Below the pieces are notes generated by a model. It saw only the letters and a list, made by a program, of their open reading frames with translations, searched no databases and was not told where the DNA came from. 64,000 nucleotides of DNA from the NCBI GenBank assembly GCA_002633005.1, contig NMRA01000070.1:811055-875054 (forward strand), given 5' to 3'. The position numbers and the translations under genes are program-made. This DNA is from Phoronis australis. Its lineage: Eukaryota; Animalia; Phoronida. This document shows, piece after piece, positions 50,937 to 63,846 of this stretch (its first letter is position 1; every line of letters begins with the position of its first letter).

Positions 50937-53900
50937 CCCAGTAAACATGACAGTATTGGCCCAGTACTGGATTTCTGTTGCTTGATAACGCTTGTACCGT
51001 ATACCGGTTTACGTTTCTGGGCCACGAATGGCCCAGTACCATCCCCACGACACTAACCCAGTGAACTTTCCCTTAGCGGCTCGCCGGTATTGGACCGGTA
51101 AACACAGACTTGAACACAAGAGGGCAGTTANNNNNNNNNNNNNNNNNNNNNNNNNNNNNNNNNNNNNNNNNNNNNNNNNNNNNNNNNNNNNNNNNNNNNN
51201 NNNNNNNNNNNNNNNNNNNNNNNNNNNNNNNNNNNNNNNNNNNNNNNNNNNNNNNNNNNNNNNNNNNNNNNNNNNNNNNNNNNNNNNNNNNNNNNNNNNN
51301 NNNNNNNNNNNNNNNNNNNNNNNNNNNNNNNNNNNNNNNNNNNNNNNNNNNNNNNNNNNNNNNNNNNNNNNNNNNNNNNNNNNNNNNNNNNNNNNNNNNN
51401 NNNNNNNNNNNNNNNNNNNNNNNNNNNNNNNNNNNNNNNNNNNNNNNNNNNNNNNNNNNNNNNNNNNNNNNNNNNNNNNNNNNNNNNNNNNNNNNNNNNN
51501 NNNNNNNNNNNNNNNNNNNNNNNNNNNNNNNNNNNNNNNNNNNNNNNNNNNNNNNNNNNNNNNNNNNNNNNNNNNNNNNNNNNNNNNNNNNNNNNNNNNN
51601 NNNNNNNNNNNNNNNNNNNNNNNNNNNNNNNNNNNNNNNNNNNNNNNNNNNNNNNNNNNNNNNNNNNNNNNNNNNNNNNNNNNNNNNNNNNNNNNNNNNN
51701 NNNNNNNNNNNNNNNNNNNNNNNNNNNNNNNNNNNNNNNNNNNNNNNNNNNNNNNNNNNNNNNNNNNNNNNNNNNNNNNNNNNNNNNNNNNNNNNNNNNN
51801 NNNNNNNNNNNNNNNNNNNNNNNNNNNNNNNNNNNNNNNNNNNNNNTTTTGTGAACATTTTTGTTCTTTGACTGCGAATTTCTTACGAAGTCGCCGGAAC
51901 AGGACACCGTGAATGGTATTGGGAGAAAGGACAATTCTTCATGGTTTGTTGAACCTCTGTTTTGTGTAAATTTATTGAGTTTTGTGTTTGATATGGACGG
52001 CTGAAGTGAAGCACCCGTGGAATTTCTGGTCGGGAGTGTCATACCTTGTAGTTTTAGTATTATATGTAATGTATTGGGGACGATCAGAAGCTGAGGACGC
52101 CTGTGGTAGTATTATGTACAGAGGATTACACCTTTGAATTGTTCATGGTTTGCCGAACCCTTGTTTTGTGTAAATTTATTGAGTTTCGCATTTGATATGG
52201 ATGGCTGTAGTGACCCAGTGAAGCACACATGAAATTTTTAGTTCTGAGTGTCATGCTGTGTGGTATATATGTATAGTGTATTGGGTACGATCAGAAGGTG
52301 AGGACGTCTGAGTAAAAACACAGGCATCATCAGCCTCTGAGTCTGACCGCCCCAAATACACTATAATACAAAAAGGTTGGACACTCGATTTTTGTGTGAA
52401 GTGAAGCACTCCTGGAATTACTTGTTCCGATTGTCATGCCTTTTGGTAGGCCTATTATTAAGGATGATCAGAAGTTGAGGATGCCTGTGATTTACAACAG
52501 CGGCGGAGGAATTTCCCGATGACCCATAAGTTAACCATATTATAAACATTAAGGTTGGACACTGAAATTTTGCCAAGCCTAGGCTGCCAGCTTCAACTGT
52601 TCTAAATCCAAGTAAAATCTGTGTGCACCTCACTCAGACTGGTATTGCATAAACAGGGATATTCCTGACCACATTTGAACCAGTGTTGTTTGGGTGCCCC
52701 TGATGATAAAAAGTATGTCTTTTTCAAAGAGTTGTGTCTGGCAGACTTTGTGTAATTAAGTGGTAACATACTGAGTTAGGGATTTTTTTGGTTTTAAACA
52801 AGGTCATTTTATAAACACAGAGTTTAAATACTTTCAAAGCGAAATTAAATTATGTAAGCGACACTCAACTAGCATTCGTGGGCGGACTAAAACAAGAGCT
52901 TCGGAATTGCTTCGGCACGGTTTATGAAAAATCCGGATTTGTATGACATTGATCTGCCATTAACGTCAAAAAACAACCTTGATGGGCTTCAACATTTTTG
53001 TATGTAAATCACCTCTCGAAGGCAGTTTTAATATGATAAAGTGAAAGGAGGTATTAAAATCCAACCTTTATGTTTTAATATGTAGCCTCATTGGTGATCG
53101 AAGAACAGGTAAACTCAAGTGTCTGGTTGATGTTTGCCAGTTTCATGCCAGCATGACTCTATTTGACTTTTTTAAAGTATGATAACAAAGAATATTTCTG
53201 GCTAAACAATTGAAAGTAGCTCCTGAACATCAGTTTTCATGAAACACCTTCTAGTATAGAAAAACTGAGAACATTGCGGGGGGGGGGGGNNNNNNNNNNN
53301 NNNNNNNNNNNNNNNNNNNNNNNNNNNNNNNNNNNNNNNNNNNNNNNNNNNNNNNNNNNNNNNNNNNNNNNNNNNNNNNNNNNNNNNNNNNNNNNNNNNN
53401 NNNNNNNNNNNNNNNNNNNNNNNNNNNNNNNNNNNNNNNNNNNNNNNNNNNNNNNNNNNNNNNNNNNNNNNNNNNNNNNNNNNNNNNNNNNNNNNNNNNN
53501 NNNNNNNNNNNNNNNNNNNNNNNNNNNNNNNNNNNNNNNNNNNNNNNNNNNNNNNNNNNNNNNNNNNNNNNNNNNNNNNNNNNNNNNNNNNNNNNNNNNN
53601 NNNNNNNNNNNNNNNNNNNNNNNNNNNNNNNNNNNNNNNNNNNNNNNNNNNNNNNNNNNNNNNNNNNNNNNNNNNNNNNNNNNNNNNNNNNNNNNNNNNN
53701 NNNNNNNNNNNNNNNNNNNNNNNNNNNNNNNNNNNNNNNNNNNNNNNNNNNNNNNNNNNNNNNNNNNNNNNNNNNNNNNNNNNNNNNNNNNNNNNNNNNN
53801 NNNNNNNNNNNNNNNNNNNNNNNNNNNNNNNNNNNNNNNNNNNNNNNNNNNNNNNNNNNNNNNNNNNNNNNNNNNNNNNNNNNNNNNNNNNNNNNNNNNN

Positions 53901-54947
53901 NNNNNNNNNNNNNNNNNNNNNNNNNNNNNNNNNNNNNNNNNNNNNNNNNNNNNNNNNNNNNNNNNNNNNNNNNNNNNNNNNNNNNNNNNNNNNNNNNNNN
54001 NNNNNNNNNNNNNNNNNNNNNNNNNNNNNNNNNNNNNNNNNNNNNNNNNNNNNNNNNNNNNNNNNNNNNNNNNNNNNNNNNNNNNNNNNNNNNNNNNNNN
54101 NNNNNNNNNNNNNNNNNNNNNNNNNNNNNNNNNNNNNNNNNNNNNNNNNNNNNNNNNNNNNNNNNNNNNNNNNNNNNNNNNNNNNNNNNNNNNNNNNNNN
54201 NNNNNNNNNNNNNNNNNNNNNNNNNNNNNNNNNNNNNNNNNNNNNNNNNNNNNNNNNTTATACATTGCAAATAAGTTTCTTGTTGGAATGATATGCAGTG
54301 TCTTTAGGTAATTCTTATTATGCATAACTTATCTGGAAAATGTATAGTGGAGTCTTTTAGTTTGTACTCAAAGATACTAAGCAGTTTTTGTTTTATTTCA
54401 GGGATTGTGATCAAGGAGCACAGTAATGCTAATGCAAACTTTAGTAAAAGAGGCACCATGTTCCGAAACGCTGGAGACAGGGAGGGAGGGTGAAGACTGT
54501 GTGAAGCTACCAGTCCACAAATAAGCCCGAGACAGTTTTGTTAAAAATAATTAGTTTCTTAGTTGTTATTTGTATAATTCATAATTTTTTGTAAGTATTT
54601 TACCCGAGCAGTTTCATAGTAATAAAAGTATTAAAGAACAAGAGTCTTTTCTTCTTGTAAGTCACAGCTAATGTACTGGCTTAATAGGAGCCCATCAATG
54701 GCCCTGTACTGGGCCAACACAGTCTGTCATTACTGGCCCTTTACAGGGCCGAAACCGGTTATTGGTGTACTGGCCCAGTGATGGCGTTGTACTGGTCCTT
54801 TACTGGCTCGATACCGTAATCTTGTATCGGAGCCAATACGGGGAAGGTGTGCAGAATGTTATTGGGCCAGTACTGGCCTACATCACTGGGCCAATACGGA
54901 AGACATTTCAGGGCCAGTATTGGCCCAGTATCTACATGTTTACTGGG
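50937..54947. mobile_element. CACTA/EnSpm(CMC)-like TIR element, ~4 kb including gaps, 3-bp TSD tgg
   Basis: The left end cccagtaaacatg (50937) and right end catgtttactggg (54935-54947) are inverted. tgg flanks both sides. Many subterminal ggcccagta/tactgggcc repeats occur at both ends. Confidence 0.7.
51935..52490. repeat. ~205-bp imperfect tandem repeat (2 copies plus a partial)
   Basis: ttcatggtttg..gaacc.....ttttgtgtaaatttattgagttt...gatcagaag.tgaggacg occurs at ~51938 and ~52143, with a partial copy at ~52400-52490. Confidence 0.75.
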
Positions 54948-54986
54948 TGGAAAATTGCTCAAAAAAGGCATATAGAAAAGTTTTAG

Positions 54987-55005
54987 CAGCGCCTCCTGTT
55001 GGCCA
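54987..55005 (-). promoter_or_regulatory. CTCF-like motif
   Basis: The reverse complement tggccaacaggaggcgctg closely matches the CTCF consensus TGGCCACCAGGGGGCGCTG. Confidence 0.45.
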
Positions 55006-55389
55006 GAAAACATACTACTATATTCCCAACTACTGACCAGAAGAACAATACTAGTGTTAACCATTTGGAAATTGAAAAAGATTTGGTATTACAACCTACA
55101 TATGAACAACATACATTTCCAACGTTTCTGCAATGAATTCACTGCCATCACTTTCACTGTTTGTCACAATTAATTATCATTATCCACATTGCAGTTCATA
55201 GTCAACTGTAAAAGGGAACCATACACCAATCAGTCCTGACATTCACAAGCATGATAAAATATAAATATATTCCATTAGGCAACAAAATTAAACTTTTTAC
55301 CAACAAAGCACACGCTTTTCGTGTTTGTTCATCCACTCCGTTGTTTATGTTCATCGTTATTGTCATCAAAAGTTGTTTCTTGAGACACC

Positions 55390-56945
55390 GTGTTCACAAT
55401 CTGGATAGTCACACAACTTTTAACATGGCATGCCCGACTTCAAACAAGAGCTGAGCACACTTTTGTAATGCATCACTCTTTTTACATTTGAAATTAACAT
55501 TTTTCATGACATGTTGTGGGGTTAAAGGCAGAGTCATCCAGTGGAAATTCAGACTACCCTACTCCAAAAGTCACCCGTTACCAACTGGAGATGGTGCACT
55601 GACATGCTGTTGGAAGGCTCGTTTGTGAAAGGCACACTGATAGTTTGGTCCTTTGGCATGTAACAGCAAACAATCATGATTAGGAGGCAGAGGTGATTCC
55701 ATCACAGATCTCAGTCTGAATATGTGGTAGCATGCTTTGTTAACTGTTGATAATGAGTCGTCGTACAGCTTGCATACAAACGGTTCAATGTCTTCCATGA
55801 GTTGACCAGGAAACGCAAAATAATGTTGAGCCCAACTTTAATGACAAAGTTTAAAAAATATCTCTGCAAGCCTGCACCCTACCCGAATAAAGATTTTGTC
55901 AACCTCGATAGCGTTTTTTACCTAAACGCTTCAGCCTTGTTACAGTAATTTGTTTTACTGAAACGGTTAACCAAAATGCTCTTCACTTTAGCACAGTATG
56001 GCCAAAAAGCGAAATTTTATTTTGCTAAGTGCTCAGCAAAAGTAAGCATTAAGGGAAATGAGCAACATTACTAGCATTGATTGCACTGGAGAGTTGCCAA
56101 TTTAAGACATAGAAAAATTTTTATCATCCTTAATACCGTAGTTCGGCGTTTGAAAATAGAGAAATGGTCATTTTGACAATAGTTTTTGTGTGAAATTGAA
56201 AAGCGTCTTATTTACCGTAGAGCTGAAATTTCTTTTGATACTTCCTGTTTTAGATAGCACATAACTGGAAGAGAAAAATTTTCCTACACTAAAAAGTCTC
56301 CAAGTCAAGAATCTCCAAAATGTGAGACACTGAAATCTGAGGAACATTTGAGTTTTCAAGATAATAAATTACAGAACATGGGCAATATTTGCATTTTTAT
56401 TTTTCTCAAATCCAAACACACCTCATGTTTTTACATAAAAGGGTCATAAAATAGGCTTAGAAGTTCATAAAAAGCACTGCTGATCACTCACATGTGGGTA
56501 AAAAGTGCTGCCAGTTCCTTTGAGATTGGGACGGCTATTACTACAAATTTATGAAACAAAATAATTTTTTCTAAGACCTAAACTAAAGATTATTTACCAT
56601 AAATGACACTTTTTCGAATTAAGAATAGGTAGGCCTATTTACAAGTGAATGTTTGGAACTGGGATAGGTTTCCCATTTTTCTTTTATTTGTGAAGTTCCC
56701 CTGTGATGGGATTTGATTTGTGACAAATGGTTCATTTTGGTAGAAAGATATACACAGTATGTTTCTTTGAGCACTGTTAAATGTAACTGACAGTGACAAT
56801 CTCCTTAATTTTCTAGTGGGCTCAAAAGTATTTGAATCATCAGCTTGGTCTTTTTCTTTTTTAAGAGCTTTTTCAATTTTTGTTACATCCGTGAAGTGTC
56901 TGTAACACTGCTTGTGATAGAAGCATGCACGCACCAAGCCTAAAA
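55390..56945 (-). mobile_element. Second Academ-like transposase remnant (fragmented)
   Basis: The N-terminal piece FYHKQCYRHFT...TRKLRRLS lies at ~56760-56930. The C-terminal piece IEPFVCKLY...LPPNHDCLLLHAKGPNYQ...PSPVGNG*...HWMTLPLTP...KCKK...GMPC lies at ~55400-55800 and contains stops. Confidence 0.7.
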
Positions 56946-59147
56946 TGGGGGGCTCGAGTTTTTGAGAATATGGACATTTATTAAGATTCACGGGGTACTT
57001 TAGCCTTGGTACAAACCTGTATACTAAATGCACAGCTTTTCCCCGATGTGGGTAAAAAAGTGGTCAGATAAAATCTGACACAAAATTAGTGTCATTTAAA
57101 AGTACAGTTTCCCTTGATTAAGCTAAATTATTTAACGGTGTTGGAAAAAATGGCGTTCTACCGTTATTCTGTTGCTAAAGTTGTGGAGCGATCGTCTGCG
57201 TCGGCTTTAGGCGCCATGAAATATTGCGTCACCAGTTGGTCAGTTTCTTTTTTCGCCGATTCTTCAATCAACTGTTGTTCTTTCACGAGGTAGCGTACAC
57301 GTTACAAAAAATTATTGGAACTGTTTTCACTTCTTTATAAGTTTTTAGAATTTTGATACGGAAAAACCGAATTTCAGAACAAATTTTGCTGCTGCAAAGT
57401 TGTCGCAAAAATTTAGGAAATGGCGAGTGCGCGTGACACGAGCGCACTGTTTTTATAACGACGACATACTTTTCATTGTTAGAAAAGGCGGCGAGTTACG
57501 TAAGAAAATGACGTTTATTGCATTGTTTTTCGCTTAAATTGCTGTAACGGGCAAGATGAGCGCCGGTTGTTTCCCAGATTTTACATGCACCCTGTTCGGT
57601 CTTTAGCTTTACATGTTGATACAAGTTTCACGTCGAGGTGACGAGCAGAACTACTCTGGCTGTGTGCAATTTCGGGGTCTACGGAAGAAATACACACAGT
57701 GGCACCTAGCTGTATTTTGACGACAGTCTTCATACAGCTAGCTGGCTGGCTAGGGGTACTTCAGAGCTACGAATTGTGCGTTCGCCGAATTTTGGTAGTT
57801 CCTGCCTTTTTAGTGAGCTTTTGTCTCGTTTTCTACTTTTTTCGGACTTTTTGTTTCTCTGAGGCGGACCTTTTTACCCACTTTACCAAATGGGGGGAGG
57901 CTCTTTCAAGCCCCCCCCCCGAGTCCCCCTGGATGCGCACTTGGCAAGAGCTGTGTTTTTTCACAAAAGCTTATCAGCAATGATACTTCACTTTCACTCA
58001 GACTCAGTGTTGATACATTTGTTTGCAGTAGCCTTAGACCAGGTAATACCTGAAAATTCCAGATCAGAACTTTGAGCACAACCTGAGACATGAATGCAGC
58101 AAGGGGCAGACATCTTGCCAGTTTATTGTGAAGTCGCACACTCGTTCATGGTTTCAGCAGAGTCCTAGCTGTCCCAAAACTGTTCTTTGCCAAACACAAA
58201 ATGATTCAGGAATATGCCAAAAATTGCTTCAGTACTATGATGACACTCGTGCCGTGGCCACTTGACTTGGCTTTCCTCAATTCCTAACTGCTGTCTGCTG
58301 GTTTTTGAGCCTTGGCCCTTGCATGGTAATTGCCTATTTCTTGCACACCCATCCAAGAATTAATACTGTCCAATGTAGTCAGTAGCATTAAACAAGCTAC
58401 ATGTAGCTAAGACAGCAGGATAACATCAGCTGACTGTCTTCTGAGAATGTTTTCATGTCAAGCAGACGACTTTTGAAGGAGAAAGGTATGGACAAGATAT
58501 TTTCCTGGCATTTGATTGGCCGTTCTGATCATTTTGCACTGACACCTGATGGCTAACATATTAATTGAGGCTATATTTTTCCAACTTTTAAATTAAAATT
58601 CTTACTAAACGTGCAAGTGTATTCTTGGGAACTGTTTTGAAATTGACTTTTGAACATCTGTATGTGGGTTGCAAAGTTCCCGTCGCCCCCCAGAAAGTAG
58701 CCACGGAGATTAAAGATAGGAGAGCTGGGACTATTGCCTATAGTTCCTGTTATACATTAGCAGAGGACTGATATCAATCTTTCTTTTCTAATTGCCATGT
58801 TTAATCTTTTGTCCAATGTCACGACACAAACGCTAATTAGCTACCAACATGAAGCTGAACGACCACATTAATGTTATTAATGTATCAACCTTCGTGATGT
58901 CAAGGGCCGACGGTGACACCGGTTGATGAAGAGAAGCATTGCCCAACTAGAAGACGCTTCTGAACTGTCCTGCTTCCTAATGTCATGGTTAAATAAGATT
59001 AATGATCGTGTACGAAAGTAAAGCAGCCCCGTCTTCAACTAGCTATGCTTCGAATCTGATCGTCATAGTGTGCGTGTCCGGCCAATTCCTGTCACTATCG
59101 TTGGCCAAATGGGCGAACATTACGCCGTTAAGTTAATTCTTGTTAGA

Positions 59148-59292
59148 GGCATAAAGTAATTCTTTGCGGCTTAAAGTAATTTTTATCAGCGTAAAGTAAT
59201 TATTTGCGGCGTAAAATAATGATTTGCGGCGTAAAGTAATGATTTGCGGCGTAAAGTAATTACTTTATGCCGCAAAATAATTTCTTTATGCC
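59148..59292. repeat. 20-bp tandem array that inverts orientation at ~59260
   Basis: About 5-6 units of gcggcgtaaagtaatgattt are followed by the palindromic centre cgtaaagtaattactttatgccgc and by inverted units. Confidence 0.8.
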
Positions 59293-60040
59293 TTGATAAA
59301 TAACGTAGAAAATATATCTGAAACTAAATAAGGCGATCCAGATCCTCCCAAGGATACTATTGTTTCATGAAATGAAGAATATAAATCGGTAAATAAAACA
59401 ACAAGAATTGATCAACTGAAATTTGAAATTTTCGGATGTAATGACTTCCTTTGTCAACAAAAACAGAAATAAAGTATGCCTTGAACATGAATTAACGTAA
59501 TTTAGGTGCGTAACGTTCACCCATTTGGCTAACGATAGGACATTGCCTGGTGCGCATCCACGGACACACATTCAAAATTAGGTCATATTCAATATTTACT
59601 TCACTATGTGTCACGGACGAAATCTTGCCCATCTGTCTGGTGGCATTTTGAAAATCATGCTTACAAACTTTACATCCTAATAAACGTGCCGGTGTATCTT
59701 CGATAATGCACTCAACAAGAAGTACATCGGAGCTGCCTACTGTCAGATCTTGGTATCTATCCCTCCAGTTATGAAAACTATAAAACGAACGCAGACCGGA
59801 GACGTGCTTGCAATTTACAATGTCAACATGTATTAATCTGAATGATAATTACTTTTAAAAATGAAAATGTATGATTCTATTAATACAGTTCAGTTCCATG
59901 TTTAATTAATAAACATTGATGTGTGTGATTTTGTAAAGAAAAAGACTTATATGCGATGTCTTAAAACACACCAACAAGACTCTTTCCCAAATTTTGTAAG
60001 GTTGACATATGAGCTAGAAAATTCTATGAACAGCATTTCA

Positions 60041-60104
60041 GGAGGCAGCGTGGCTTAGTGGGATAGGTGTCCACTCCCTTAACTCAAGGTCGTGGTATAC
60101 AACC
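60041..60104 (+). repeat. Degenerate tRNA-derived SINE head
   Basis: ggcagcgtggcttagtgggatagg (A box) ...aggtcgtggtatacaacc (decayed B box). Confidence 0.4.
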
Positions 60105-62505
60105 GTTTATGCTATGGCGTTGCGGTTACAATTCTAACTCGTACACGTACGCCTTTGCTACTTTGGTCACTACTTACCTGTTACATTGTATATGTATATT
60201 CAATTGTCCTTCTGATAGTTATTTCTATCCGGGTCACATAGGGTCACTGCAAGGGACTGCGCTAATTTTTGGTATAGTCTTCTTGGAGTCATCGCCTGGA
60301 GCTGTTCTTTTATTTACCTTTAGCCGAGTCATTACGCAGTTAGCACCGTATCATCATCAGATGTTTCTGAACAATGCGTACTTAATTTTCCGAGTCGTCT
60401 TCGAGAAGATGTTTTTTGTTCTACGTGTAGCCAACTAGGTTTTTGACCTGTACTGGGCACGTGTTAATAAATAATATAAAACATGCAGCGTCTGTTTTCA
60501 ATACCAGTCAGACAACACCAATAACCCAAGACATTTGTTATATTTCCAGGTGGCGAAACCCACCACTCTAACAAAACACAACAATTAATGGGCAGTGTCC
60601 ATAGGCGATAACCATGTGACGCGCTTACGCCAGTCGCATAGATGTGTCAAATTAAACAACACCTCTCTACCTCCATAACACGTCATTTGCCATGGGTCTT
60701 GTCGCTTGTGTTCGTCTACATAAATGCATCTACCATGATTGGTTTAGACCCTTCAAACAAAATGGCAAAAACGCGCTTTTCTTCATGTACGCATCTCTGG
60801 GGCCGGCGTGACTTTGTCTCGGCTGTAAAGTCTTCCTAAAAATATTTATCTTTATAGGCTGCATGCTGTAGAAACGGTATCGCAAGAACAAGATGTGAAC
60901 ATCAGCTAGGAAACGAGAAGGCAAAAAGCAAAAGCGAAGAATAAAAACTAGAGGAAGCGGTCAATTTTGCTTTACCGAAAATTTGAGTTCGACACTACAA
61001 GTAATTTCGAAGAGACGCCTCCAGACAAAAATCCAAAACTTCTGGAGAGCGGACCTGTCAGGACTGGGGCGAAAATGCTTAACAAATACGAGGTAGACAA
61101 TGAAGACGAACAAAAACATACATAGAATGGTTCAAGGGAAAAGTTATAGCATACAACTAAACAGATGGTTATGTTATCAAGTCTGATGACGAGGAAAACT
61201 GGTTTCTACATGTATCATTAGACAGTCATGATGTACAGCAAGAATATTCAAGAATAGTAAGAATTCACGTGTGGTTAAACCCTATGTAATTCTAGATATA
61301 TAGCGGACAAAGTGTCTCAAAGTGTCATCTGATGTTTTTATCTGCGAGAAACAACACATAAACAAGTTCTCATTAGTCATGCCTGTTTGGTAGCTGAAAA
61401 TGTACCCCTGGAGAGAGGTTTTTTACCTGCATGTATTTCAGTTGCTAGCATACGTGCTCGTTATTCAGTAAATGACCCGGATGCTCCATCCAAGTTCATG
61501 CAACTAGGACATTCTCTAGATGGACATTCTTTACATCATACAGATTTAAAAAATTTCAAAATGGCAGAGTAGTGCATTCTAATGGATTCTTTTAGTCTTG
61601 ATCGCCATTTATTGGCATTTATCCATGCATTAATTTGTATATTTATTCATCTATTTATTTATTCATTGTCATCATTCATGTTATTTCCATCCTTGCGTCT
61701 AATTTATTTCATTATTCACGTGTAATAATATTGCTTTACGTTTCGTATTTCTTGCCTCTGCGCTTTTTCAGTATCATGCTTGTACTTGTTCCTTTTGGTA
61801 TTCTGACCTTTCAAAAGGTTCTACTGTAAATCAAGGACCCGGTCCCAGAGACTGACTTAAATTCATTTTTTACTTAAGTCTAACTTTTGTCTCTACTTCC
61901 AAACTTTGAATCTTTCACATCCGGCAAGAGAGTCAAAATTAAGACCAAACTTAAGCCACAAACTTAAGTCAAACTTATGAAATGGATTTGAAGTAAATCA
62001 AAGTTTTGTCTTAAAATTGACTGTAATTTAAGATTTGTCTTAGCTACGTCAGTTTTCTTGATTTGTATGAAACACCATGGACATAACTTTATGGTGTTAT
62101 CCTATAACGTACATGTTGTTTTTAGTCTGTTTCTAATAAGTACATGTATGCTTGTGTGTCCTGTAATTATTTTAATTTGCCATGTTAATATGTTTGTTAT
62201 GAGGAAGAAATTATGGGGTTGTCTAATAAACAGAATATTTTTTTTATAAATCGACACATAAACTTTCATGGTAAAACCACTCGAATATTCATGGTAAGAG
62301 TTTTATACGATTTTAGGATGAGCACGCACTGTCCCCGTTTCACCTAGACCACGTTTCTTGCGAGAAGCCAAGACCACACAAGACACTGCGAGATAGTCGC
62401 AATGAATTTTCAAAGGGAGTACGCCGTGATCCTAGATAGAGGTGACATTTCTGAGAAATACGGTTCGATTTACAAATAGGGTGCGCGCTATTTTGCACAT
62501 ACATG

Positions 62506-62740
62506 TAAGTAAGTGACATAACTGCGAAATTTGGGTCGGTATCCTTATATGGTGTGTGTGCAAATTCGCAACTAAGTAAGTGACATTACTGCAAAATTTA
62601 GGTAGGTAGCCTATCCTATAATGTGTGCATTCAATTTCGCATTAAGCAAGTGAAGTAATTGCGAAATTTAGATCGGTTTTCCTATAAGGTGTGTGCGCGA
62701 TATCGAAATTACTTAAGTGGCAGAACTGCAAAATTTCGGA
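62506..62740. repeat. ~67-70-bp minisatellite (~3.5 copies)
   Basis: taagtaagtgacat.actgc.aaattt.ggt.ggt...cct.ta...gtgtgtgc...ttcgca repeats at ~62506, ~62573, ~62643 and ~62714. Confidence 0.8.
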
Positions 62741-63107
62741 CAACTTATATAGGTATAGTTTACTGCAAAATGGACTGCTCCTCTATAGAGGGACATAACT
62801 ACACATTTTGCAGGCGTCCTGAAAAAAATTCCCATTAATCGATTAGATACTGTGCTAATACCTGAAATTTGGCCACGGCCACTGACTGAACTCATACTAC
62901 ACCGGTTATCGCTGGTTTCAGTCTGATTCTGGGGAATGCGACAATTTCGTGATGATTTACCGATAATCAGTCGGCGTTCTGATAGCGGTGCAGTGGTGGT
63001 GTAGTGCTACCGAGTAGGGGCGCCGGAACATCAAATAGTCAAACACACAAAATTGCCGCGTGGAATTCTCACCTTTGTAAATAATAAAAATGAAATATTA
63101 CAGGAAA

Positions 63108-63210
63108 TGTATATACTGTATATATATTGTATATACTGTATATATACACTGTATATATGTATATACACATATACATGTACATATACACGCACACACGCGC
63201 GCCCACACAC
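63108..63210. repeat. TA/CA-rich microsatellite
   Basis: gtatatactgtatatatattgtatatac...acacacacgcgcgcccacacac. Confidence 0.85.
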
Positions 63211-63846
63211 AGACGTCTATATGCATGTATAAAAAGTGGAATTTATTGAAGGAAACAGAAAGATGTCGGGGGCGACAAATACCCCTCGTCTAGCTACTGC
63301 AGTGTTTATATTTTCAGCTAGCATGCATATACGACGCCAATCCGATGAGTGTGCGGCGGGAAATGGTGATATCGACCGAGAGTCCCGAGACATTGTCACC
63401 TGATAATTGGAAGCACCGGCCTAGGGTCGTTCTAAATATACCCAACCGGTACTCCTGATCCGATAAGGAATCGCCCGATCGTGTTACAGTAGGCACCGGG
63501 ATAGAAAAAAATGCGGGACAGGTTACGCACCCTTATGTGTAACCAGTAACTTGCGTAGTGCTTGTAAGTATGATGAAGGAGGAATTATTGCACAAATGTT
63601 TGTTGTCTAAGCTCGTATCCAACTGGCATCGATTTCGCAACCCTCGATCACGCCATGTTGAACTTTTCATGACGAATAGGCTTACTTTGTTTGCTCTGTC
63701 ACAATACGTCACGAGTTCAAAGCTTGCGTGAGGTCATGAGTATAAACCTAGCGTGTACGACGTCAGCCCTTCATTTCGTCCCGGAAAGTCAGACATTTTA
63801 AAGTAGTAATTGCTTTGAGTCAGATCATACAGAAAATTATCTCATA

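Noticed and set aside
50992-54325. Long ORFs of 250-360 aa in the ORF track
   Set aside because: They consist almost entirely of X residues from N gaps.
59148-59292. CRISPR-like array
   Set aside because: The units are contiguous with no unique spacers, the context is eukaryotic, and there are no cas genes.
61085-61240. Tudor-like fragment (EWFKGKVIAY...GYVIKSDD)
   Set aside because: It is too short and interrupted by stops, so it cannot be assigned to a gene or element from the sequence alone.
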